DNA of 64,000 nt, taken from NCBI GenBank assembly GCA_964503465.1, contig CAZCYZ010000001.1, positions 129,702 to 193,701 on the forward strand, read 5' to 3'. The stretch's first letter is position 1, and each line of letters begins with the position of its first letter. Below, piece after piece: positions 38,863 through 46,754 of this stretch. Below the pieces are notes generated by a model. The model did no database searches and was not told where the DNA came from. It was given only the letters and a program-made list of their open reading frames with translations. A program made the translations under genes and the position numbers. The stretch is from an uncultured Gammaproteobacteria bacterium. GTDB taxonomy: Bacteria > Patescibacteriota > Microgenomatia > UBA12405.

Positions 38863-39924
38863 ATGCCCGATTCTCCGTTAACGATAGATGAAGCTATTAA
38901 TAGGCTGATTGCCAAGTCTCAGTCAGTTAAGTTACCCCCTGGTTTACTTAGCAAACTCGAAGAACTTTTTGGGGAATTACGAATCAATGCTAACTCGCCC
39001 CAGACTTTCTGGCAAAGTTATCAAGTGGTCAGCAAATATCTCGACTGGATTGTTTCCCTTCCTTGGTTTTCCAAAACTGACGACATCCTTGATATTGATC
39101 ATGCTCGTCAACAGTTAAATCTCAATCATTATGGCCTTGATGCTGCTAAAGAAAGAATTCTTGAGTTTATTGCTGTTCTTGCTCTTCAGCAACACCGTCA
39201 TCCGGAAGCCAAACCTCATGCCCCAGTACTTCTTTTTACTGGTTTGGTTGGCACCGGCAAAACCACTCTTGCCCGTTCCATTGCTCACGCCCTTGGTCGT
39301 CAGTTTATTCGTATTCCTTTCGGCGGTTTGGGGGACCCTCTCTATCTTCGTGGTCGTTCTCGAATTTATCCCGAAGCCGAGCCTGGCGCCATCATCAAAG
39401 GTCTAATATCAGTCAAAAGTAACAACCCGGTTATCTTATTGGACGAGATCGATCGTATTGCCGACGATGCCCTCAACACCATTATGGGAGTTTTGGTTGA
39501 ACTTCTTGATCCGGAACAGAACAATCATTTTGTTGACCATTATCTTGATTATCCTTTTGATCTTAGCAATTGTCTTTTTTGTGCCACTTGTAATAACACC
39601 ACTCGTATTGCCACTGCCGTTATGGACCGGCTCGAAGTTATCCAAATGCCTTCTTACACTGACGAGGAAAAGACTATCATCGGCCGTGACTATATTCTCC
39701 CCAAGGCAATTATCGAATCCGGACTCAATCCGGAGGAAATTACTATTTCTCCTGACGTTTGGCCAAATATTGTCCGGCCGTTAGGTTTTGATGCCGGTGT
39801 CAGAACTCTTAAACGCAATATTGAAGGATTGTGCCAAAAAGCCGCTCGTCAAATTCTTGAAGGTCGAGCTCAAAAAATTACTATTGATGACTCCAATGTT
39901 AAATTATTTGTCCCCCAGTGGTAA
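38863..39924 (+). CDS. Stand-alone Lon-like AAA+ ATPase module (no LAN domain, no S16 protease domain)
   Basis: LDAAKERILEFIAVL...LLFTGLVGTGKTTLARSIAHALGRQFIRIPFGGLGDPLYLRGRSRIY...GAIIKGL...NPVILLDEIDRI...LLDPEQNNHFVDHYLDYPFDLSNCLFCATCN...MDRLEVIQMPSYTDEEK aligns nearly motif-for-motif with the Lon A-type ATPase domain. Ends at 353 aa. Confidence 0.65.
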   Translation: MPDSPLTIDEAINRLIAKSQSVKLPPGLLSKLEELFGELRINANSPQTFWQSYQVVSKYLDWIVSLPWFSKTDDILDIDHARQQLNLNHYGLDAAKERILEFIAVLALQQHRHPEAKPHAPVLLFTGLVGTGKTTLARSIAHALGRQFIRIPFGGLGDPLYLRGRSRIYPEAEPGAIIKGLISVKSNNPVILLDEIDRIADDALNTIMGVLVELLDPEQNNHFVDHYLDYPFDLSNCLFCATCNNTTRIATAVMDRLEVIQMPSYTDEEKTIIGRDYILPKAIIESGLNPEEITISPDVWPNIVRPLGFDAGVRTLKRNIEGLCQKAARQILEGRAQKITIDDSNVKLFVPQW

Positions 39925-40003
39925 AGTTTCCATTCCTTTCAGTCCTGCTTCTTTGCGTTGCTTTTGTCATTCTTCTCTTTACTCTCTCTCCATTTTTTCC
40001 TAA

Positions 40004-40588
40004 ATGAAACAAGACCCATTTCTTATTCCCGTTCTACTGGCCATTATTTTTGTTTCTATTTTGGGCAATATTTATCTTTATTTTCATAAAAATATCAATT
40101 TCTCTCCCACCCCATTTGACACCAGCATTCTTATCACTCCTACTCTTTACCCCTCCTTGGTGCCAACTATCCCAGCCACCACTTCGACCTCGGTTAATGG
40201 ACTTGTGACATACACCAATCGGGAGGATGGCCTAAGTTTTCAATATCCCGAAGATTGGTACTTTGATGGTGGTGTCCTCTCAAACTATGACCCATCCAAT
40301 AGAGGTCCAGTAGAATCCCACCAGGGTGACATTAAGTGTGACCTGTTTGCCGCCAAGTTTGTGGATGAATCGACGTTGGTTGGGACAAAACAACTCAAAA
40401 TCAATTCAAAAAGTACAATTTACCAATCTAAACTACAATCCGAATTATATGAAGATATTTTTTACACTGTTTTTAGCATTTATTCCCCAAATAAATCAAA
40501 GTTAAATCATTTCATCTGCTACTCACTCGCCCAAAACCAGATTCAGGCCTTCTATAAGGTACTTAGCTCTTTTGAATTTATCAACTAA
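40004..40588 (+). CDS. Small secreted/membrane-anchored protein, tandem paralog A (xYPxxW domain signature)
   Basis: N-terminal TM PVLLAIIFVSILGNIYLYF, DTSILITPTLYP, FQYPEDW. Confidence 0.4.
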   Translation: MKQDPFLIPVLLAIIFVSILGNIYLYFHKNINFSPTPFDTSILITPTLYPSLVPTIPATTSTSVNGLVTYTNREDGLSFQYPEDWYFDGGVLSNYDPSNRGPVESHQGDIKCDLFAAKFVDESTLVGTKQLKINSKSTIYQSKLQSELYEDIFYTVFSIYSPNKSKLNHFICYSLAQNQIQAFYKVLSSFEFIN

Positions 40589-41214
40589 TGTCTACTAATT
40601 CATTAAGTCCAAAACTAGTACCCATTCTCCTCGCCATTATTTTTGTTTCTATTTTGGGCAATATTTATCTTTACTTTACTCGGAACCAGCCATTTACTCC
40701 TTTAGTTCCCGATACCAGTATTTTTATCACCCCCACTCCTTATCCCCCAACTGCCACCCCAATAACCCGGCAACAATATCAACACTCCCGACTCAAGTAC
40801 CAAATTAGTTACCCTTCATCCTGGCAATTAGAAGTCGACGGGCAATACCCGGATATAGTTAACCTTACTCTCGGTGATCTGGCTAGAATTACTATCGACC
40901 CTACCAACCAACTACAAATTACCCCCACGATTAAACAGTGGGTCGAAAAAACTAACCATCAAACCTCCACCGATCCCAATCGCAAGTCATTTTCGTCGCT
41001 TTTAACCATTCTTCCCGATGACGGTCTCATTACCAATCAAGTGGGTAAGTCACTTGTCATTTTGGACGAAGGTTTTTTTGAACAAAACGGCAAGCAATAT
41101 CTTTTTACTCGCGGTAATACAATTTATAATCTTACCGCTGTTTATTACGGTGAAAACTCTTCAGCCTCCATCGACATCAATGGCATCGTTTCTAGTCTCA
41201 AGTTTATTGATTAG
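40588..41214 (+). CDS. Small secreted/membrane-anchored protein, tandem paralog B
   Basis: Shares a near-identical ~45-nt stretch (gccattatttttgtttctattttgggcaatatttatcttta) and the TM/ITPTPYP/YPSSW architecture with paralog A. Its start overlaps A's stop. Confidence 0.4.
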   Translation: MSTNSLSPKLVPILLAIIFVSILGNIYLYFTRNQPFTPLVPDTSIFITPTPYPPTATPITRQQYQHSRLKYQISYPSSWQLEVDGQYPDIVNLTLGDLARITIDPTNQLQITPTIKQWVEKTNHQTSTDPNRKSFSSLLTILPDDGLITNQVGKSLVILDEGFFEQNGKQYLFTRGNTIYNLTAVYYGENSSASIDINGIVSSLKFID

Positions 41215-41243
41215 TTGCAATTCGTAGCCACAAGTGTTACAAT
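41215..41243 (+). promoter_or_regulatory. Putative sigma70-type promoter (TTGCAA-N17-TACAAT) upstream of rnj with a ~95-nt leader
   Basis: Hexamers with ideal 17-nt spacing seen in the 124-nt intergenic region. Confidence 0.35.
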
Positions 41244-41338
41244 ACCCTTCAAGCTTCTGAATACGGTTACACACATTCGACCCGACGTTTCCTAAGCAAT
41301 TTATATTATTTTAGTCTTTTCGGGTCTATTATTTTTGT

Positions 41339-43075
41339 ATGAATCAAATCAATCAATTTCAGGGTCTAAAAAACCCCGTTCGTCAGTTTAACTCCCAAAA
41401 CGATTCAGTTCGTATTAGTTCACTGGGCGGTTTTGGTGACGTTACTCAAAACATGTTCGTTTATGAGTATGCTCCCAATGGTGACTTTACCAAAAGCGAA
41501 ATTATTATTGTTGACTGTGGTGTCGGTTTTCCCGAAGAAGACGCTTTTGGTGTTGATCTTCAAATTCCCGATACTACTTATCTTACCGACAAGAAAGATC
41601 GAATCAAAGCTATTTTTATTACTCACGGTCACGAGGATCATATTGGTGCTGTCAGATTTATTTTGCCAATTTTGGGTAAGGATATCCCCATTTATGCCCC
41701 TCGTCTGGCCGCCGCCTTTATTCAGGCTCGTTTGGAAGAATTCAACATTCGTCCCAAGCTTGAAGTAATTCAAGATGGTATTTCTATCATCAAAAGTCCT
41801 TTCACTGTTGAGCCAGTTCGAGTAACCCACTCCGTCCCTGATACTTATCATTATGCTATTCACACCCCAGTTGGTATTTTTTACCACGGGAGTGATTTCA
41901 AGTTTGATCTTTTCCCTCTCGACGGTGTTCAGGCTGATCTCCGTCGTATTGCCGCCGTTGGTGGTCAGAATGTAGTTTGTCTTCTTTCTGATTGTCTCGG
42001 GGCCGATCATGAAGGCTATTCGCCCTCCGAAGGTGCTATTGCCGAAAACTTTGAACGAGAAATAAAAACTGCCAAAGGGCGAGTCTTTGTCACTGCCATC
42101 AGTAGTAACATTGTCCGTTGGAGTCAGGCTATTGATTGTGCCAAAAAAGTTGGTCGTAAAATAGTTATTGTTGGTATGTCGGTTGACAAGGCCATTAGAA
42201 TTGCCAAAGAGCTGGGTTATGTTCATTTGGTCGAATCCGATATCATTCCCGTCGAGAAAGTTCGTAATTTTTCTGACAACAAACTAATTTTTCTGACCGC
42301 CGGTTTTGCTGGACAACCAGATTCGGCTCTTTCCAAAATGACTATGGGCAAACATCGGATCAAAATAAAATCTGGTGATAAGGTTATTTTCTCTTCACCC
42401 GATTACATTCCCGGTACCACTACCGCCATTTTTGACATGATTGACAACCTTTCTCGGCTTGGAGCTGAGGTTGCCTACGGTGAAAAAGAAGAACTTCATG
42501 TTAGTGGTCATGGTTATCAAAAGGAACATGCTCTTTTAATCCAGCTACTTCATCCCAAATATCTTCTTCCCATTGGTGGCAACTACCGTCATGTCAAAAG
42601 TTATCAGACTATGGCTAAAAGTTTAGGTTTTAACGACAATCAGTTTATTGCTCCCGATCACGACTCTTCGGTCACTTTTCACGGGGATCGCTCCTTTGAC
42701 ACCAGCTTTAGAATCCCTCTTCGTAAAGTTTTGATTGACGGACTTGGGGTGGGGGATGTTGGCACTACCGTTCTTCGTGACCGTAAACTTTTAGCTGAAG
42801 ATGGTATGTTTAGTGTTGTTGTCTTAGTCGACAAAGAACATGGCAAACTTTACCAGGAGCCCGTTATTCTTAGCCGAGGTTTTGTTTTTGTCAAAGAAAA
42901 TACTGACCTTTTAAATTACTTAAAGCAGGAGGTTACCAATAAGTTTCAACAGCTTGCCAGCAAACCGGCTAATCTTGATTACATTCGCACCGAGCTCCAA
43001 TCGTATCTTGAGGGAATTATCATGGAAAAAACCGGCCGTCAACCTATGGTGCTACCTCTAGTTATCGAGATTTAA
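41339..43075 (+). CDS. rnj: Ribonuclease J (metallo-beta-lactamase/beta-CASP)
   Basis: ITHGHEDHIGA motif, beta-CASP region, ~578 aa. Confidence 0.85.
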   Translation: MNQINQFQGLKNPVRQFNSQNDSVRISSLGGFGDVTQNMFVYEYAPNGDFTKSEIIIVDCGVGFPEEDAFGVDLQIPDTTYLTDKKDRIKAIFITHGHEDHIGAVRFILPILGKDIPIYAPRLAAAFIQARLEEFNIRPKLEVIQDGISIIKSPFTVEPVRVTHSVPDTYHYAIHTPVGIFYHGSDFKFDLFPLDGVQADLRRIAAVGGQNVVCLLSDCLGADHEGYSPSEGAIAENFEREIKTAKGRVFVTAISSNIVRWSQAIDCAKKVGRKIVIVGMSVDKAIRIAKELGYVHLVESDIIPVEKVRNFSDNKLIFLTAGFAGQPDSALSKMTMGKHRIKIKSGDKVIFSSPDYIPGTTTAIFDMIDNLSRLGAEVAYGEKEELHVSGHGYQKEHALLIQLLHPKYLLPIGGNYRHVKSYQTMAKSLGFNDNQFIAPDHDSSVTFHGDRSFDTSFRIPLRKVLIDGLGVGDVGTTVLRDRKLLAEDGMFSVVVLVDKEHGKLYQEPVILSRGFVFVKENTDLLNYLKQEVTNKFQQLASKPANLDYIRTELQSYLEGIIMEKTGRQPMVLPLVIEI

Positions 43076-43476
43076 AAATATTTCTCCAATCGTCTCAAAG
43101 TATCATCAGTAGGGGTATTAGATACTTGTCTGACCGCTAAATCCACTGACGTCCATCCGTCGCCACCGATTCTTTTAACCTGAATTCGACCTCCCTCTCT
43201 GTCGGCTACTCGACGCAGTTCTTGTTGTAGAGCGTGAAGTTCAGCGTAAGCCCTAGGCTCATCTAGTCCCCCGCCATGTAACCGTTGTCTTTTCCCAGAT
43301 ATCGTCACTATGGCTGTTCCATCTTTTCCTGCAGTTTTTAGAATATCCTCCGCTTCATCATATCGCACTCTAATCTTTGCCGGCTTTCTCGGGACTACTC
43401 TGTCCCTGGTTGGCCCCCAGTTAATCTCTTGAGCCTCTGCTTCGGTGGCTCTTCTAATCATCGTTACTGGACTCAT
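43072..43476 (-). CDS. Small basic hypothetical protein (134 aa) translationally coupled downstream of the cyclase; weak Smr-like motifs
   Basis: Start overlaps the cyclase stop by 4 nt. Arg-rich. VTISGKRQRLHGGG and IGGDGWTSVDL faintly resemble the Smr HGxG/GGDG-T-V-L motifs, which is unverified. Convergently abuts the rnj stop. Confidence 0.4.
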   Translation of the reverse strand: MSPVTMIRRATEAEAQEINWGPTRDRVVPRKPAKIRVRYDEAEDILKTAGKDGTAIVTISGKRQRLHGGGLDEPRAYAELHALQQELRRVADREGGRIQVKRIGGDGWTSVDLAVRQVSNTPTDDTLRRLEKYF

Positions 43477-44267
43477 TTTTTGAAATTAACCGGTAATCTT
43501 CTAATTTGAACCGTTGGTGTCGGGGCAGGGAATACCCTTGATCTAATTAAATTCTTTGTTTTTATTGGCAATTTACTCCAAGCAAATACCACCACTACTA
43601 CTATCAGGGCTAAATACAACAATTTCACAATTCCTGGAAACGATTCTTCCTCCGTGGTCCTGTCGCTGGTGTTGTGTTTGTCTTTATCCAAATTAGCATG
43701 TTGGTATGTCTTCTCGCTTCGAGCACTTTTGTGTTTATCCATTGCTCCCTCTTCTTGCAACACCTTATATACCTTTACCTGATCAGCAATTCCCTTAAGA
43801 TAACGATAACCAATCTCTGCCGTTGGCACCTCGTTTTTATTCATTGCCAGGTATACCGCTTCTGTGAAATACACCTCCCCCGGTTCGGCAATCGACTCGA
43901 TTCTTGAAGCAATATTGACCGGTTCCCCAAAAACATCATCGTCCTTAAGGTTTACTTCCCCAAAGTTCACTGCGATCCTTAGTTCAAACTTCTCATCTTC
44001 GTTCGCGTCATGGTTGTGCTTAGCAATTGTTTCCTGAACCTTGACTCCGCACAGTACTGCATTAGTCGGGGATTCGAAAGTTACCAAATAGGCGTCACCA
44101 ATAGTTTTAACTATTGTTCCATCGTACTGTCCAAATATTGGCCGCACCACTTCATCTTGAATCTCCAGTAAATGCTGTATTTCTTCTCGTGATTCAAGCG
44201 AAGTTCTGGTCGTAAACCCTTTCATGTCGGTAAACATTATCGCCAGCCCTTTGGTCTTTGCCCCCAT
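43473..44267 (-). CDS. Class III nucleotidyl (adenylyl/guanylyl-type) cyclase catalytic domain with C-terminal single TM anchor
   Basis: CHD motifs LAIMFTDMKGFT, KTIGDAYL, RIAVNFGEV, GEPVNIASRIES. C-terminal hydrophobic IVKLLYLALIVVVVVFAW segment and short basic tail. Confidence 0.8.
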   Translation of the reverse strand: MGAKTKGLAIMFTDMKGFTTRTSLESREEIQHLLEIQDEVVRPIFGQYDGTIVKTIGDAYLVTFESPTNAVLCGVKVQETIAKHNHDANEDEKFELRIAVNFGEVNLKDDDVFGEPVNIASRIESIAEPGEVYFTEAVYLAMNKNEVPTAEIGYRYLKGIADQVKVYKVLQEEGAMDKHKSARSEKTYQHANLDKDKHNTSDRTTEEESFPGIVKLLYLALIVVVVVFAWSKLPIKTKNLIRSRVFPAPTPTVQIRRLPVNFKK

Positions 44268-45031
44268 GGCTTATTTTAACTCAAATATCTTTTGGTGTAG
44301 ACTTTTATATGGACAAAAAACATCCTCACCATCTTGGTCTTTTTATTCTTCTTGCCTCCATTATTTGGTCGTTTGCCTTTTATCGGGCTAAAGTCGTTAC
44401 TTCTCGTCAAACCATTTCTGTCACTGGTGTTGCTTATCAAGATGTTACTTCTGACTTAGCCGACTGGTCATTTACTCTAGAGCGTCGGGACTCAGGTCGG
44501 AAAAATAGTTACGACAATTTGTTGTCCGACGAGAAAAATTTTCTTGATCATCTTAAGAAACTCAACATTACCGATTCCGAAATCCGCAAAGGCACTTACC
44601 ACACTTTTCCTGTTTACCGTAAGGAAAACTATACCGATACCGACGAAATCATTGCTTACACTTCCACCATCAATTATTCCATTGTTGGTTCTGACATTAG
44701 TAAAATTGCCAACATTGCCGACAATATCAATGCCTACTTAATCGCCAATAATCTTACTCTCTCTCAAAACTATCAATCCTACACCTACAATCAACTCGAA
44801 GGGCTCAAGATCTCTCTCCTCGAAGCCGCTATCAAAAATGCCGAAAGTCGGGCCAAAGCCATTGGTAAAACTACTCATTCCCGAATTGGGAAGATCGTTA
44901 ATGCTTCCCAGGGGATTTTTCAAGTCAACCCCAGAAACGACTACAGTGTCTCCGGTGAAGGCAACTTTGATACTTCCTCCATTGGTAAAACTATCCGCGC
45001 CACTGTTTCGGTTGATTTCGAGCTCAAGTGA
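44258..45031 (+). CDS. SIMPL/DUF541-like periplasmic protein
   Basis: N-terminal TM then ISVTGVAYQDV... and C-terminal ...RATVSVDFELK typical of SIMPL-domain proteins. Probable true start is the internal Met at ~44309, which removes the 10-nt divergent overlap with the cyclase start. Confidence 0.45.
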   Translation: MPPWLILTQISFGVDFYMDKKHPHHLGLFILLASIIWSFAFYRAKVVTSRQTISVTGVAYQDVTSDLADWSFTLERRDSGRKNSYDNLLSDEKNFLDHLKKLNITDSEIRKGTYHTFPVYRKENYTDTDEIIAYTSTINYSIVGSDISKIANIADNINAYLIANNLTLSQNYQSYTYNQLEGLKISLLEAAIKNAESRAKAIGKTTHSRIGKIVNASQGIFQVNPRNDYSVSGEGNFDTSSIGKTIRATVSVDFELK

Positions 45032-45034
45032 TGT

Positions 45035-45185
45035 CATAATTCCCTCAAACCTATGAAACCGTTTCCCGCGGTGGAGGTGACGGCGACGAGCCGCTCCAGA
45101 AACAAACTGTAAAATATTCATCAAGAAGTAAATAGGGTGGTACCACGACGCTTGCGCTCGTCCCTAACAGGACGAGCTTTTTTAG
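45035..45185 (+). ncRNA. T-box riboswitch leader upstream of proS
   Basis: Conserved T-box sequence AATAGGGTGGTACCACG (45131-45147), immediately followed by terminator GCTCGTCC-ctaaca-GGACGAGC-TTTTTTT (45155-45183). The antiterminator and terminator are mutually exclusive. Candidate Pro specifier CCU-A at ~45050-45053. Confidence 0.5.
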
Positions 45186-45275
45186 TTTCTTTAGGTCTAA
45201 TTTTAAACCGAAGGTGATAAAATTTGCCTAAAGACACAATCCCGATGGGCAGACAATGTTGGGATAGTTTAAAAT

Positions 45276-46715
45276 TTGACTATGGATCAACAATTCAAAA
45301 AAGAACAACTTAAGGATCGCAATCTTGATTTATCCGAGTGGTACAACGATATTGTTCTCAAGGCCGAATTGGCCGACTACGCCCCCGTCAAGGGCTGCAT
45401 GGTCATCCGCCCCTATGGTTATGCCCTTTGGGAAGGAATCCAGAACTTTATGGATAAGCTCATCAAGGACTATGGCGTTCACAATGCCTATTTTCCCCTC
45501 TTTATCCCCATGCATTATCTTCAAAAAGAAAAAGAACACGTTAAAGGTTTCTCCCCTCAACTAGCGGTAGTTACCCATGGCGGTGGCGAGAAGCTTGCTG
45601 AAAATTTGGCTGTCAGGCCCACTTCCGAAACTATTATGTACGACATGTATCGCAAGTGGACTAATTCTTGGCGTGATTTACCCATCCTCATTAACCAGTG
45701 GTGCAATGTCGTTCGATGGGAAAAACGCACCTATCTCTTCTTGCGCACTTCAGAGTTCTTGTGGCAGGAGGGCCATTGTGCCCATCTAACCCAAGAAGAA
45801 AATCTCAAAACTGTTTTCTGGGCTCTGGATATGTATCAGCAAACTTACAACCAACTTCTGGCCATGTATGGCATCAAAGGTGTCAAAAGTTCCAGCGAAA
45901 AATTCCCTGGTGCCGGTAACACTTACACTTTTGAATCCCTCATGCCCAATGGTAAATCACTTCAAGCTTGCACCTCCCATGATTTGGGTCAAAACTTCAG
46001 CAAGTCGTTTGAGTGGACAGTTCAGGATCAGTCAAAAAACAAAATTTATCCTTATCAAAACTCTTGGGGCTTTTCTACTCGCAGTATCGGCGGCCTGATC
46101 ATGGCCCATGGTGATCAAAACGGTCTTAAACTTCCTCCTAGCATTGCCCCCATCCAGGCCGTTATCGTTCCTATTCCTGGTCACTCCCAAGCCCTTCCCC
46201 AGGCCGACAAAATTTATCCCCAGCTCAAAAACAATTTCCGGGTCAAACTTGACGACTTTGAAGGTGAAACCGCAGGTTTCAAGTTCAATCATTGGGAACT
46301 CAAGGGTGTTCCCCTTAGAATCGAAATTGGCGACCGTGATGTTAGTAATCATAGTGCCGTTTTGGTCCGCCGTGACACTGGTGAAAAAGTTACTGTCGAT
46401 GTTGATAACCTTAACTCATCTATTACCAAAATCTTGGCCGATATTCAGGACTCACTTTTTGCCGCTCACCAAAAATTTACCGACAGTCACACCCATTCTG
46501 TTGATTCCTATCAGGACTTTAAACAGATTATGTCCACCGATCGTGGTTTCATTCGAGCCCATTGGTGTGAAGATGCCAATTGTGAAACCAAAATCAAAGA
46601 CGATACCAAAGCGACCACCCGTTGCCTTCCTCTTGATGCTCCCACGGAATCTGGTAAGTGCATTTATTGTGGCCGCCCCTCAACTCATCGCTGGCTCTTT
46701 GGTCTTAGTTACTGA
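45276..46715 (+). CDS. proS: Prolyl-tRNA synthetase, archaeal/eukaryotic-type class II
   Basis: 479 aa, class II motifs, no bacterial insertion/editing domain, C-terminal zinc-binding Cys residues. Confidence 0.9.
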   Translation: MTMDQQFKKEQLKDRNLDLSEWYNDIVLKAELADYAPVKGCMVIRPYGYALWEGIQNFMDKLIKDYGVHNAYFPLFIPMHYLQKEKEHVKGFSPQLAVVTHGGGEKLAENLAVRPTSETIMYDMYRKWTNSWRDLPILINQWCNVVRWEKRTYLFLRTSEFLWQEGHCAHLTQEENLKTVFWALDMYQQTYNQLLAMYGIKGVKSSSEKFPGAGNTYTFESLMPNGKSLQACTSHDLGQNFSKSFEWTVQDQSKNKIYPYQNSWGFSTRSIGGLIMAHGDQNGLKLPPSIAPIQAVIVPIPGHSQALPQADKIYPQLKNNFRVKLDDFEGETAGFKFNHWELKGVPLRIEIGDRDVSNHSAVLVRRDTGEKVTVDVDNLNSSITKILADIQDSLFAAHQKFTDSHTHSVDSYQDFKQIMSTDRGFIRAHWCEDANCETKIKDDTKATTRCLPLDAPTESGKCIYCGRPSTHRWLFGLSY

Positions 46716-46754
46716 TCACTGTTCACTAATCACCGATCACTGATATACTGAAGT

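Noticed and set aside
41420-42226. 268-aa minus-strand ORF inside rnj (and similar antisense ORFs 707..919, 11015..11389, 26491..26766, 32064..32621, 33145..33459, 38433..38735)
   Set aside because: Each lies entirely within a well-supported conserved plus-strand gene and has low-complexity or odd composition. They are shadow ORFs of the coding strand.
43473-44267. Considered a CBASS-type CD-NTase or GGDEF diguanylate cyclase
   Set aside because: The motifs are those of the class III cyclase homology domain (FTDxxGFT, GDAY, N-x-G, ASRxE). No GGDEF/GGEEF or GS-x9-13-[DE]h[DE]h motifs.
45184-45275. Possible tRNA or small RNA in intergenic gaps (45184-45275, 41215-41338, 36178-36379, 18444-18542)
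   Set aside because: No cloverleaf-compatible segments or T-loop (GTTCRANYC) consensus found. The regions are better explained as promoters/5' leaders.
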